A DNA stretch of 64,000 bases from an uncultured Spirochaetota bacterium. GTDB taxonomy: Bacteria; Spirochaetota; Spirochaetia; SZUA-6; CAVTHK01. Numbering within the stretch: position 1 is the stretch's first letter; every line of letters starts with the position of its first letter. The notes beneath the pieces were generated by a model. That model made no database searches. It worked only from the letters and a program-made list of their open reading frames with translations, and was not told where the DNA came from. The DNA is taken from NCBI GenBank assembly GCA_963734495.1, contig CAVTHK010000003.1, positions 288,001-352,000 of the forward strand. Direction: 5' to 3'. The position numbers and the translations under genes are program-made. Below, piece by piece: positions 32,624-43,789 of the stretch.

Positions 32624-32932
32624 ATGATCGTGCGTGCGGTGCGGGTGTACGTAAAGCCGGAAGCGGTCGAGGCCTTCGAGCGCGCGACGGTCGAGAACCG
32701 CGCGGGGTCGATCAGGGAGCCGGGCGTGCTGCGCTTCGACGTGCTGAAGAGCGCGGAGCGGCCGGCCGAGTACCTCCTCTACGAGGTGTACGCCGACGAC
32801 CAGGCCACCGCGGACCACAAGGAGACCGCTCACTACAAGAAGTGGAACGAGACCGTGGCTCCCATGATGGAACGCAAGCGGGAGGGCGCCGCCTATGCTC
32901 CGGTGGCGCCGCTCGACCGCAAGTCCTGGTAG
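32624..32932 (+). CDS. ABM-superfamily protein, LsrG-like
   Basis: [12 protein letters not shown]...LYEVY...[18 protein letters not shown]. Confidence 0.82.
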   Translation: MIVRAVRVYVKPEAVEAFERATVENRAGSIREPGVLRFDVLKSAERPAEYLLYEVYADDQATADHKETAHYKKWNETVAPMMERKREGAAYAPVAPLDRKSW

Positions 32933-32942
32933 AGGCCCGGGA

Positions 32943-33895
32943 GTGGCTCGCTACCTGGTCACCGGCGGCGCGGGCTTTATCGGGAGCCACGTCGCCGCCG
33001 CGCTCGCGAAGCAGCACGAGGTGATCGTGCTGGACAACTTTTCCTCGGGCAGCCGCGCGAACCTCGCGGGAGTCGCCGTCGCGCGTGGTCGAAGGCGACG
33101 TGCGCGAAGCGCGGTCCCTCGCAAAGGCCTGCGAGGGCGTCGAGGCGGTCTTCCACCTCGCGGCGCGGATCAGCGTGGCCGGCTCGATGGAGACGCCCGC
33201 CGACACCGTCGGAGTCAACACGGTCGGGCACTCTGGCGCTGATCGAGGCCGCGCGCCGCGCCGGGGCAAAGGCGATCGTGCTCTCCTCGTCGGCCGCGAT
33301 CTACGGCGACGACCCGAGGCTGCCCAAGCGCGAGCGCATGGTCCCCGATCCGCGCAGCCCGTACGCGGTGTCGAAGCTCGATGGAGAGTATTACCTGCGC
33401 ATCTTCGCGGCGCCTCACGGGATGCGCGCCGTGGCCCTGCGCTACTTCAACGTCTTCGGCCCGCGGCAGGATCCCAGATCGCAGTACGCGGCCGCCATTC
33501 CGGCGTTCATCAGCCGGGCCATCGCGGGCGAGCCGATCACCATCTTCGGCGACGGGAAGCAGACGCGCGACTTTGTCTTCGTCGAGGACGTCGCGCGGGC
33601 CAACCTCCTGGCCGCAGGCGTGCTCTCCGCCGCGGGCCGCGGCGCTCCGCCTTTTGCCGTCTACAACGTCGGCGGCGGCCGCTCGATCTCCATCCTCGAA
33701 CTGGCGCGCGTGATCATCCGCGCCACCGGCTCCTCCTCGCGGATCGTGCACGCGGACCCGCGGCCCGGCGACGTGCGCGCCTCGCGCGCCGACGTGTCGC
33801 TCATCCGCCGCGACCTCGGCTTCCGCGCCGAAGTCGCGCTGCCCGAAGGCCTTCGCCGCACCATCGAAGCTTTCCGGGCCCCCGTCCGCGCATGA
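32943..33895 (+). CDS. NAD-dependent nucleotide-sugar epimerase/dehydratase (frameshifted)
   Basis: [39 protein letters not shown] and GDGKQTRDF. Confidence 0.9.
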
Positions 33896-35046
33896 GCGGC
33901 GGCGGCGGCGGCGGCGTAGCGACGGGCGCGATGCGCGCGCCCGGCCGCGTCAACCTGATCGGCGAGCATGTCGACTACAACGGCTTCGCGGTGCTGCCGA
34001 TGGCGATCGATCGCGCGGTCTCGGCGGCGTGGCGGCCGCGGAGCGACGGCCGCGTCGTGCTGCGGAGCGCCGGGGAGTACCCCGCGCGCGAGTTCGCGCT
34101 CGAGCCGCGCATCCCTCCGGGTCCGCCTGGAGATTGGGGAAACTACGTGAAGGCTGCCGCGCAGGGGCTCATCGACGCCGGCTTTGCGCTGCGAGGTGCG
34201 GAGATGCTGATCTCCTCCACGCTGCCGCCGTCGGCGGGGCTCTCCTCGTCGTCCGCCCTCGTGGTGCTCGCCGCGCTCGTGCTCCTCGAGGCGGCGGGCC
34301 TCGCGATGCCGAAGCCCGCGCTGGCGGCGCTGCTCGCGGAAGCCGAGAAGTACGTCGGCACGCGGGGCGGGGGCATGGACCAGGCGGCGAGCCTCCTCGG
34401 CCGCGCGGGTCACGCGCTGCGCATCGACTTCCGCCCGCTGCGCGTCGCGCCGCTGCCGTTCTTTGCCGACTGCGTCGTCGTCGTGTCCAACAGCCTGGTG
34501 CGCGCCTCCAAGGCCGAGGCCGCGGGCTACAACTCGCGCGCGGCCGAGTGCCGGCAGGCCGCGGCTGCCGCGGCGCGGGCCCTCGGGCGCCCCGCGGACC
34601 CGCCGCCGCTGCTCGCGGACCTGCTCGCTCACGCGACGCGCGAGGAGATCCTCGCCGCCGTGCCGCCCGGGCTGCTGCGCCGGGCCCGCCACGTGCTCAC
34701 CGAGTCGGCGCGCGTGGACGCCGCGTGCGCCGCGCTCGCCGCGGGCGATGCGGCCGCTTTCGGCAGGCTCATGGACGAGTCGCACGCGAGCTGCCGGGAC
34801 GACTTCGACTTCAGCTGCCCCGCCCTCGAGCGGCTGGTCGCGCTCGGGCGCCGGGCCGGCGCGCTCGGCTCCCGCCTCACCGGCGCGGGCTTCGGCGGCT
34901 GCGCGGTGCACCTGGTGTCGCGGGAGCGCGCGCCGGCGCTGCTGGCCGCGCTCGCCGAAGGCTTCTACCGCGGCTTCGAGCCGGGCGCCCTCGGCGACGC
35001 GCTGTTCGTGGCCGAGCCCGCCGCAGGCGCGGGGCCGGCGGCCTGA
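33892..35046 (+). CDS. galK: Galactokinase
   Basis: APGRVNLIGEHVDY, PPSAGLSSSSA, GGMDQ and SRLTGAGFGGC. Confidence 0.9.
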   Translation: MSGGGGGGVATGAMRAPGRVNLIGEHVDYNGFAVLPMAIDRAVSAAWRPRSDGRVVLRSAGEYPAREFALEPRIPPGPPGDWGNYVKAAAQGLIDAGFALRGAEMLISSTLPPSAGLSSSSALVVLAALVLLEAAGLAMPKPALAALLAEAEKYVGTRGGGMDQAASLLGRAGHALRIDFRPLRVAPLPFFADCVVVVSNSLVRASKAEAAGYNSRAAECRQAAAAAARALGRPADPPPLLADLLAHATREEILAAVPPGLLRRARHVLTESARVDAACAALAAGDAAAFGRLMDESHASCRDDFDFSCPALERLVALGRRAGALGSRLTGAGFGGCAVHLVSRERAPALLAALAEGFYRGFEPGALGDALFVAEPAAGAGPAA

Positions 35047-35070
35047 GCCGCACGCCGCGGCCCGGCTCCT

Positions 35071-36246
35071 TCAGCGGCCCCAGCGGTCCGGCAGCTCGTG
35101 CAACGGAACCGCGTGCCCGTCGCGGGCGAGCGGGAAGGAGTGCGGCGCCCGGCAGATGACGGAGAGGCGGTCCACGCTTCCCCGCGGCAGCTCCGCGGCG
35201 ACCCGTCGCAGGGCGGCGAGATCGTCGCCCGACGGCAGCTCGGTCCACTTCGCGTCGGCCAGCTCGAACCGGCCCGCGCGGTGCCACAGGAAGTCAGCCT
35301 CGCGCGAGCGGTCGCGCCAGAAGTGCAGGTCCCATCCCCCGGTGGCGTTCGCCTGCAGCCGCCGGATCTCGCCGAAGGCGAGCGTCTCCCACAGCGGCCC
35401 CGCGAGCGGTGACGCGGCGAGATCCCGCGTCTCGCGGATGCCCACGAGGAACGAGCAGAGACCCGAGTCGCGCATGTACAGCTTCGGGGTCTTCACGAGC
35501 GATTTCGTGCGGTTGCTGAACCACGGCTCGAGCAGCACCGCCTGTGCGGAGGCTTCGAGCACGCCGAGCCACGCGCCCGCGGTCGATCCCGCGATCCCCA
35601 CGTCACGGGCGAGGTCGGTGCGGTTCAGCAGCTGCGCTGAGCGCAGCGCGCAGGCACGCACGAACCGCTCGAAATCCCGAAGGCTGCCCACCTGGAGCAG
35701 CTGCCGCAGGTCGCGCTCGAGGTAGGTGGCGACGTAGGAACGGAAGAACGCGGCGGCTTCGAGCTGCGGCTTTTCGTGCAGCTCGGGAAAGCCTCCCCTG
35801 GCGAGGAACTCCTCCACGGTCGTGTCGGGACGAGCGGCCTTGACTTCGCGCCACGACAGCGTCTCCAGCTCGACGATGTCCGCGCGGCCGGCGAGCGAGT
35901 CCGAGACGGCCTTCATGAGGGGGAGGCGTTGCGAGCCGGTCAGGATGAACTGCCCCGCGCGTCCCCGGTCGCGATCGACGACAGCCTTGAGGTGCCGAAA
36001 CAGGCCGGGGGCGTACTGGATCTCGTCGACGACGAGCGGCGGCTTGTGGCGCGCGAGGAACGCCGCGGGGTCGTGCTCCGCCTGCTCCGCCTCGCTCGGC
36101 AGGTCGAGCGTGACCAGCTCGTGGTTGGGAAACAGCCGGCGGACCAGGGATGTTTTCCCCGTCTGGCGCGCCCCGGTGAGCACCACGACCGGGCGCTCGG
36201 ACGCCCTGCGAGCCAGCAGCCGCTCGACGACCCTCGGAATCCACAT
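35071..36246 (-). CDS. AAA_14 + DUF4143 family ATPase
   Basis: GARQTGKTS, VVDEIQYAP, ILTGS, DSLAGR, GGFPE, TYLERD, KTPKLYMRDSG and FWRD...EAD..DAK. Confidence 0.9.
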   Translation of the reverse strand: MWIPRVVERLLARRASERPVVVLTGARQTGKTSLVRRLFPNHELVTLDLPSEAEQAEHDPAAFLARHKPPLVVDEIQYAPGLFRHLKAVVDRDRGRAGQFILTGSQRLPLMKAVSDSLAGRADIVELETLSWREVKAARPDTTVEEFLARGGFPELHEKPQLEAAAFFRSYVATYLERDLRQLLQVGSLRDFERFVRACALRSAQLLNRTDLARDVGIAGSTAGAWLGVLEASAQAVLLEPWFSNRTKSLVKTPKLYMRDSGLCSFLVGIRETRDLAASPLAGPLWETLAFGEIRRLQANATGGWDLHFWRDRSREADFLWHRAGRFELADAKWTELPSGDDLAALRRVAAELPRGSVDRLSVICRAPHSFPLARDGHAVPLHELPDRWGR

Positions 36247-36248
36247 CC

Positions 36249-36282
36249 TGCAAATTGTACGATCGAATCGAGCAATTTGCAA
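36249..36282 (-). promoter_or_regulatory. Promoter overlapped by a 9-bp perfect inverted repeat
   Basis: TTGCAA, 17 nt, TACAAT, 7 nt, ATG. TGCAAATTG (36249-36257) pairs with CAATTTGCA (36273-36281). Confidence 0.6.
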
Positions 36283-36516
36283 GACAGGCGATTGGGCCGG
36301 ACGACGGACGGCGGCAAGATCCAGGTGACCGCGGAGCTGCCCCGGTTCAGGCACAAGGACCTCGGCCACCCGCGGGCCGAGTCGACCCGCGATATGCGGG
36401 CCTCGTCCTGCGCCGACTCGATCATCGAGCACCGACCTGCCTGCGGCCACACGACGAGCGGCGCCGCCGCGCGCCCGGTCTACCTCGGTCTCCCGCCGGC
36501 GTCTCCCGCCGGCGTA

Positions 36517-36545
36517 TTGACGCCCCGTGCTCCTTCTCCTACATT
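36517..36545 (+). promoter_or_regulatory. Sigma70-like promoter for ileS
   Basis: TTGACG, 17 nt, TACATT. Confidence 0.5.
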
Positions 36546-36653
36546 ATTGTCGCCCAATTCCCGACACGACGAGCCGCCGCCTCCCCGGGACCGCGACGGG
36601 CAGCCGCCGGCGGCCGGACGGAGACGCGGCCGATGCGGGATGGGGAGGACGCT

Positions 36654-39600
36654 GTGTACAAGCCGGTCGATTCGCGCGTGAGCTTTCCGCAGATGGAGGA
36701 GCGGATCCTCGCGTTCTGGCGCGAAAACAACACCTTCAAGCGCTCGATCGAGAACCGGAGGGACGCGCAGGAGTTCATGTTCTACGACGGCCCGCCGTTC
36801 GCCACGGGCCTGCCGCACTTCGGCCACTTCTCGCCCGGCACCATCAAGGACATCTTTCCGCGCTACCAGACGATGAAGGGAAAGCGCGTCGAGCGGCGCT
36901 TCGGCTGGGACTGCCACGGGCTGCCCGTCGAGTACGAGATGGAGAAGCAGCTCGGCATCTCGGGCAAGACGCAGATCGAAGCATTCGGCGTCGCGAAGTT
37001 CAACGAGGCCTGCCGCAGCATCGTGCTGCGCTACACCGCCGAGTGGCGCAAGACCGTGGAGCGCATGGGCCGCTGGGTCGACTTCGGTCACGAGTACCGC
37101 ACGATGGACCCCGACTTCATGGAGACCGTCTGGTGGGTCTTCAAGGAGCTCTGGGACCGGGGCCTGATCTACCAGGGCTACTACATCCTGCCCTACGATC
37201 CGGTGCTCACGACGCCGCTCTCCAACTTCGAGGTGAACCTCGGCGGCTACCAGGAGGTCGACGACCCCGCGATCACGGTGCGCTTCCGCGTCACCGACTC
37301 GAAAGGCCGCTTCCCGCTCGCGGACGGCCCCACGTACATCCTCGCGTGGACGACCACGCCCTGGACTCTGCCCTCCAACCTCGGGCTCGCCCTCGGGCCC
37401 GACATCGAGTACGCGCGCGTCAAGGACGGCTCCGACTACTACATCCTCGCGCCCGAGCGCATCCGTCACTACTACAAGAATGAAGGCGACGTGCAGGTCG
37501 TCCAGCGCTTCAAGGGCAGCGACCTGAAAGGCATCGGGTACGAGCCGCTCTTTCCGTACTTCAAGGAGCTCGCGTCCAAGGGAGCGTTCCGCACTCACAA
37601 TGCCGCCTACGTCACCACCGAGGACGGCAGCGGCGTGGTGCACATAGCCCCCGGCTTCGGCGAGGAGGACTACGAGGTGCTCAAGGGAAGCGGCCTGCCC
37701 GTGGTCTGCCCGATCGACGCGGAGTGCCGCTTTACCGACGAGGTGCCCGAGTACAAGGGCGTGTTCGTCAAGGACGCCGACGCCGAGATCATCAAGCGCC
37801 TCCGCGCCGAAGGCAAGCTCGTGCGCCGCGAGACGTACCGGCACCAGTACCCCTTCTCCTACCGCTCGGACAGCCCCCTGATCTACCGCGCGGTCTCCTC
37901 GTGGTTCGTCAGCATCGAGAAGATCAAGGAGCGGTTGCTGCGCACGAACTCCGAGATCAAATGGGTGCCGGCGCACCTCAAGGAGGGGCGCTTCGGCAAG
38001 TGGCTCGAAGGCGCCCGCGACTGGGCCATCAGCCGCAACCGCTACTGGGGCAACCCGATCCCGATCTGGCAGAGCGACAAGGGCGACTACAGGGAGTGCA
38101 TCGGCAGCGTCGAGGAGCTGGAGAAGAAGAGCGGCGTGCGGGTCAAGGACCTGCACAAACACTTCGTCGACGACATCACGTGGCCGGCGCCGGACGGCGG
38201 CACGATGCGCCGCATCCCTGAGGTGCTCGATTGCTGGTTCGAGAGCGGCGCGATGCCTTACGCGCAGAGCCACTACCCGTTCGAGAACAAGGATCACTTC
38301 GACTCGATCTTCCCCGCGGACTTCATCTGCGAGAGCCTCGACCAGACCCGCGGGTGGTTCTACACCCTCCACGTGCTCGCGGCCGCGCTCTTCGAAAAGC
38401 CGGCGTTCCTCAACTGCGTCGTGGGCGGCATGGTGCTCGACGCCCAGGGCAAGAAGATGAGCAAGAGCAAGCGCAACTTCACGGACCCCGCCGAAGTCAT
38501 CGACCAGTACGGGGCGGACGCCCTGCGGCTCGCCCTTATGGATTCCGCCGTCGTGCGCGCCGAGGACTTCAAGTACTCTGACGACGCCGTGCGCGAGGTC
38601 CTGAAGAACGTGCTGATCCCGCTGTGGAATTCGTACTCGTTCTTCGTCACCTACGCCAACATCGACGGGGCGCAGCCGACCGGAGCGCCCGAGAATCCGG
38701 CGAACCCGCTCGACCGCTGGATCCTGTCGGAGATGGACCGCCTCGTCGGCGAGGTCGCGACGGCGCTGGACGCCTACGAGCTGCAGAAAGCGATCGACCC
38801 GATCGTCGCCTTTGTCGACCTGCTCAACAACTGGTACATCCGGCGCTCGCGCCGCCGCTTCTGGAAGAGCGAGAACGACGCCGACAAGGCCGAGGCCTAC
38901 GGCACGCTCTACGCCGTGCTCAAGCGCCTGGCGCAGCTCGCCGCGCCGGTGATTCCGTTCATCACCGAGGAGATCTACAGGAACCTGAGGCTTCCGAGCG
39001 AGCCCGAGAGCATCCACCTGTGCGACTACCCGGTGGCCACCGGCCGCCGGGACCTCGTGCTCGAGCGCCGCATGGCGCTGGCGCGCCGGGCGGTCTCCAT
39101 GGGCCGCGCCCTGCGGGTGATGCACAACGCCAAGGTGCGCCAGCCGCTGCCGGCGCTGCACCTCGTCACCCGCGACCCCGAGGAGCGGGCGATCCTCCGC
39201 GACCTGGAGGACATCGTGCGCGACGAGCTCAACGTCAAGCAGGTGGTCTTCCGCGAGAACGAGGAGGAGCTCGTCGAGTACAAGGCGAAGGCGAACTTCC
39301 CCGTGCTCGGCAAAGCAGCTCGGCAAGGACATGAAGGCCGCGGCCGAGCGCATCGCCGCGCTCTCCGGTCGCGACATCCAGGCGCTGCTCGCGGGATCGA
39401 CGATCAAGCTCGACCTCGCGGGCCGCGCCTTCGACCTCAACTCCGACGGCGTGATAGTCACCCGCGTCGAAAAGGAGGACCTCAAGGTCCTCAACGAAGG
39501 CTCCCTCACGGTGGCCCTCGACGTGCGCATCACCGAAGACCTCAAGCAGGAGGGCGCCGTGCGCGACCTCGTGCGCTCGGTGCAGAGCCTGCGCAAGGAG

Positions 39601-39801
39601 CGGGGCCTCAACGTGACCGACCGCATCCGGCTCTTCCTTCACGGCAGCGCAGTCGCGCGCGAGGCCGTCGAGAGCTACGAGGACTACCTCACCTCCGAGA
39701 CGCTGGCCGTCTCGTGGGAGTGGGCGAAAAAGCCCGGCTCCGTGGCCGCGGCCTGCGGCGACGAGAAGATCGATGTGGACCTGGAGAAGGTCGCGGGGTA
39801 G
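36654..39801 (+). CDS. ileS: Isoleucine--tRNA ligase, type 2 (frameshift near 39313)
   Basis: FYDGPPFATGLPHFGH, GWDCHGLP, WTTTPWTLPSN, DWAISRNRYWG and KMSKS; long C-terminus without a zinc finger. Confidence 0.96.
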
Positions 39802-40609
39802 GCTCGCCGCGGCGGCGGCTGCTGTCGCGCTCTCTTCGTGCGCGACGGTTCCGGCCGTCCGCGTGCCGCTCGAGCCGGCGCGCTTCGGCCTCTTTCCGGA
39901 GTCCGAGGTCTACTTCGCATTCGTGCTGACCCCGGAGGTACGCTCCGCGGCCGAGAGGCTGCTCCCGGAGGAGGCGCGTCCCGTGCTCAAGCGCGTGGAG
40001 CGCATCTACGGGGCGACGGCGCCGGGCGAGGTGTACGCCGCCGCCGAGGGGCGCTTCTCGCCGCGGTCCGCGCGGACCGGCTTTGCGCTGGCAGGCGGCT
40101 GGAAGCGCGTGGGCCGCGACCGGTGGCGCGCGGCCGACGGCTCGCTCGAGGCGGCCGCGCCGGGCGCCGGCCTGCTGCTCCTCGGCAGCGGCGACCTCGC
40201 CCCGGTCATCGAGCGCCTCGGGGCCGCGCCCCGGTTCGCGATGCCTCCCGAGGCGGCCGCCGCCCTCGCCGGCGCCGACTTCTACGGCTATATTCCCTCG
40301 GTGCCGGCGGCCATGGCGGGCGGCCTCCCGATTCGCAGCGCATGGGCGTCGTTTACGCCGGCGCAGGACGGCCGCTTCCGGGGCGCGCTCACGCTGCTGC
40401 TCGCCGGCGAGGGCGGCAGCCGCCTGACGGCGCTGGCCGCACGCGCCCTGCTCACGCAGCTGCTGCGCGACGCGCAGGTGCCCGACTACGCCGCCCGTCT
40501 CCGCGAGGTGACGGTGCGCGCCGACCCGGGCGTCGTGAGCGTCACGGGGCTCGTTCTGTCCGCCGACGAGATCGCGGCGGTGGTTCAGTCCTTCGGAGGG
40601 CGCGTCTGA
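39773..40609 (+). CDS. Hypothetical lipoprotein
   Basis: MWTWRRSRGRLAAAAAAVALSSC lipobox; overlaps ileS and hisH. Confidence 0.65.
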   Translation: MWTWRRSRGRLAAAAAAVALSSCATVPAVRVPLEPARFGLFPESEVYFAFVLTPEVRSAAERLLPEEARPVLKRVERIYGATAPGEVYAAAEGRFSPRSARTGFALAGGWKRVGRDRWRAADGSLEAAAPGAGLLLLGSGDLAPVIERLGAAPRFAMPPEAAAALAGADFYGYIPSVPAAMAGGLPIRSAWASFTPAQDGRFRGALTLLLAGEGGSRLTALAARALLTQLLRDAQVPDYAARLREVTVRADPGVVSVTGLVLSADEIAAVVQSFGGRV

Positions 40610-41231
40610 TGATCGGTGTCGTCGACTACGGAGCCGGCAATCTCCCGAGCGTGGAGCGCGCCCTGGCCCGCGTCGGCGCCGGGTTCTTCACGACGGCGCG
40701 GCCGGACGAGCTCGCCCGCGCCGACCGGCTGGTCTTTCCCGGCGTCGGGGAAGCGCGGGCGGCCATGGACGTGCTGGAGGCGCGCGGCCTCGACGAGGCG
40801 ATCGTCGCGTTCGCCCGCTCCGGGCGGCCGCTCCTCGGCATCTGCATCGGCGCGCAGGTGGTGCTCGACGCCTCCGAGGAGCGGAGCACGCGCTGCCTCG
40901 GGCTCGTCGCGGGCAGGGCCGTCCGCTTCCGCGCCGCATCCGGTCTCAAGGTGCCCCACATCGGCTGGAACCGGGTGCGGGTCGCGTCGCCGCATCCCGT
41001 CTTCGCCGGCATCCCGGACGGCGCCTTCTTCTATTTCGTGCACTCCTACTACCCCGAGCTGGCCGACGGCGACGGCGTCACGATCGGCGAGACGGACTAC
41101 GGAGTGAAGTTCACGTCGGCGTTCGCAAAGGGCAACATCGTCGCCGTGCAATTCCACCCGGAGAAGTCGGGACGCCACGGCCTGCAGCTTCTGGCCAACT
41201 TCGCGGGCAGGGAGGCCGGGAGCCGTGCTGA
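40609..41231 (+). CDS. hisH: Imidazole glycerol phosphate synthase glutaminase subunit (stop codon out of frame)
   Basis: [36 protein letters not shown] and QFHPEKSG. Confidence 0.92.
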
Positions 41232-41992
41232 CCAAGCGGATCATCGTCTGCCTCGACGTCCGCGACGGCAAGACCACCAAGGGCGTCCGCTTCCGGGACA
41301 ACGCCGACATCGGCGACCCGGTCGCGATGGCCGAGGACTACTACAGGCAGGGCGTCGACGAGCTCGTGTTCTACGACATCACCGCGAGCGCCGAGCGGCG
41401 CGGGATCATGATCGACGTCGTGCGGCGCGTGGCGGAGCGGATCTTCATCCCCTTCTCGGTCGGCGGAGGCCTCGGGTCGCTCGAGGACATGCGCGCGGCG
41501 CTGCTCGCCGGCGCGGAAAAGGTGAGCGTGAACTCGCAGGCGGTGAGGAAGCCGGCGATCATCGAGGAGGGCGCGAAGGCCTTCGGCAGCCAGTGCATCG
41601 TCCTCGGGATGGATGTCAAGGCCGACGCCGCGATGCCGAGCGGCTACCGCGTGCTCATAGACGGCGGCCGCGTGGCCACGGACCTCGACGCCCTCGCCTG
41701 GGCGCGCGAGGCCGAGCGCCTCGGCGCGGGCGAGATCGTGCTGAACTCCATCGATGCCGACGGCACGCGCGACGGGTACGAGCTTACGGTCACGCGGCTG
41801 CTTTCGGAGAACGTCGGGATCCCGGTGGTCGCGAGCGGGGGCGCGGGGAAGCCCGAGCACCTGCTCGACGTCTTCGAGCGGGGGAAAGCGGACGCGGCGC
41901 TCGTCGCCTCCATGGTGCACTACGGCGACTACACGGTGGGCGGGATCAAGCAGTTCCTGACGGAGCGGGGCGTGCCGATCCGTCTCGACTAG
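41225..41992 (+). CDS. hisF: Imidazole glycerol phosphate synthase cyclase subunit
   Basis: [35 protein letters not shown] and VASGGAG. Confidence 0.96.
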   Translation: MLTKRIIVCLDVRDGKTTKGVRFRDNADIGDPVAMAEDYYRQGVDELVFYDITASAERRGIMIDVVRRVAERIFIPFSVGGGLGSLEDMRAALLAGAEKVSVNSQAVRKPAIIEEGAKAFGSQCIVLGMDVKADAAMPSGYRVLIDGGRVATDLDALAWAREAERLGAGEIVLNSIDADGTRDGYELTVTRLLSENVGIPVVASGGAGKPEHLLDVFERGKADAALVASMVHYGDYTVGGIKQFLTERGVPIRLD

Positions 41993-42036
41993 AGATTGCC
42001 GACGGGCACGCCCCGCCTATCCCCGAAGGGGTCAGG

Positions 42037-43705
42037 TCACTTCTTGTGCGTCGCGTCGTACGCCGCCTGGTAGATCTGCAGGTAGCGCTTGAGGTTCATC
42101 TGGTCGAGCGTCTTGAGGTAGTCGGCCCAGCCGCCGTTGATGTCCGCGTCGCCCGTGACGAAGCGCGCGATCATGGAGGTCACGTAGTTGCCGATCGACG
42201 TCTCCATGTCGCTCAGCTCCTCCGCCTGGTCCTTGGTGAAGAACAGCGGCGGGACGATCCCGGACAGCGCCATCTTGTAGGGCTCGTACTTCTCGACGGT
42301 GACGTCGTAGTACATCTTTTCCTTGTCGGGCAGCTTGAGGATGGCCTGGCCCGCGTACCAGTTCTCGTCCGTGCGGTAGTCCAGGCCGAACTGCGCCCAG
42401 TTCATGTTCTTCACCCTGCCGTAGGGAATGAGCAGCCGGTAGTACGCCTTGGCGCCGCCGCGTCCCTTGTCGCCCGGGCTGCGACCACGCCCACGCCTTG
42501 CCCTCGTCGCCGAAGTTGGAGTGCAGGGCCGACTCGAGCGTGTACTGCGCGTCCGCCCACCGCATGGTGGCCCCGGGGTACTTGTTCGCCCTGGTGATGG
42601 CGATCTCGCCCGATGCGGAACTTGCGGTACGGCAGCCACACCGCCTTGCGATAGCCCTTGGGGCCGATCAGCGGCGCGATCGGCTGGTAGTCGATCCACC
42701 GATTGCACGGGACCCTCGACGATGGTGAAGTTCGACGGCGAGTGGGCGGGATATGCGCCCATGATGGCAGTGTCGGGGTTCTCCGCGAGCTTGGTCGCCG
42801 TCTTCCGGTCCATCGTGAACGACTGCGGCGCGATCAGGCCCTGGCAGTAGAGCCGGCGCAGGTACAGCAGGCCCTCCTTCCACTCGGGCTTGTTGTAGAC
42901 CACGTCGATCTTGCCGTTCTCGACGATCATCCGCTTGCCGGTCTCGTTGCCCCCGTCGTCATAGATGAAGGAGTTCATCAGGAACACGTCGGCAAAGGAG
43001 CGGTAGTCGTTGGAGGCGGCCATGGGGATCTCGTCGGCCTTGCCGTTGCCGTTGGGGTCCTTGTCCTTGAACGCCTTGAGCATCGCTTCGAACTCGTCCG
43101 TGGTCGTCGGCTCCTTGAGCCCCAGCTTCTTGAGCCACGGCTGGTACACGTACATCTTCCAGTCGAGCGAGCAGTGGTAGCAGTCGTTGACGTACGGCAG
43201 GCTGTACATGTTGCCGTCCGGCGACGACGAGGGTCTCCTTGACCTCGGGCATCTCCTTGAGGATCGTCTTGACGTTGTCGCCGTACTTCTCGATGAGCGC
43301 GTTGAACGGCCTGAAGATCCCCTGGCTCCCGTAGACGATCTGCTGCGTGGGCGAGATGTCCAGGTTCATCAGGACGTCCGGCAGGTCGCCGCTCGCCAGC
43401 ACGAGGTTCATCTTCTGCTGGTAGTTGGCCGGATCGGCCAGCGACCACTCGAGGTGCACGCCCGTCTTGTCCTCGAGCCACTTGGTATAGGTGTTGGTCG
43501 CGAAGTCCTCGACCAGGGGATGGTTCTGCATCAGCACCTTGAGGGTCACCTTCTCCTTGACCACGGGAAAGGTCCCCACCGGGGTCACGTTGGCCGCGTC
43601 GTCGACCGCTGCCGCGGCCGTCTTCTCGGTCTGGCCGCCGGCGAACACGCCGGCAGCGACGAAGAGCGCGCAGGCTCCCATTGCGATGAGTCTCGAAAAG
43701 CGCAT
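42037..43705 (-). CDS. Carbohydrate ABC transporter substrate-binding protein, LplA-like (frameshifted)
   Basis: VFAGGQTE signal region, LASGDLPD, WLKKLGLKEPTT.DE...DPNGNGKADEIP and WADYLKTLDQMNL. Confidence 0.88.
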
Positions 43706-43789
43706 ATCGCGTCTCCTTTCAGCCGCTTCCGCGGCATTCCGCCCGTTGTGTCGCCGGCGGCCGCCCTGCCGCCGTCCTGCCCTCCTTCC

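Noticed and set aside
36290-36480. Possible gene remnant between the ATPase and ileS
   Set aside because: It looks coding-like but I cannot assign a family or boundaries without a search.
36488-36515. 13-bp tandem repeat GTCTCCCGCCGGC, two copies
   Set aside because: Only two copies and no spacers; not a CRISPR array or evident mobile-element end.
36546-36653. Possible T-box riboswitch in the ileS leader
   Set aside because: The leader is about 100 nt and I find no T-box GGTGGNACCGCG sequence or terminator.
36480-39626. Very long antisense or alternate-frame ORFs (for example 36480-39626, 2516-4810, 52609-55179, 56774-59200)
   Set aside because: Shadow ORFs opposite well-supported genes, expected in high-GC DNA; no motifs.
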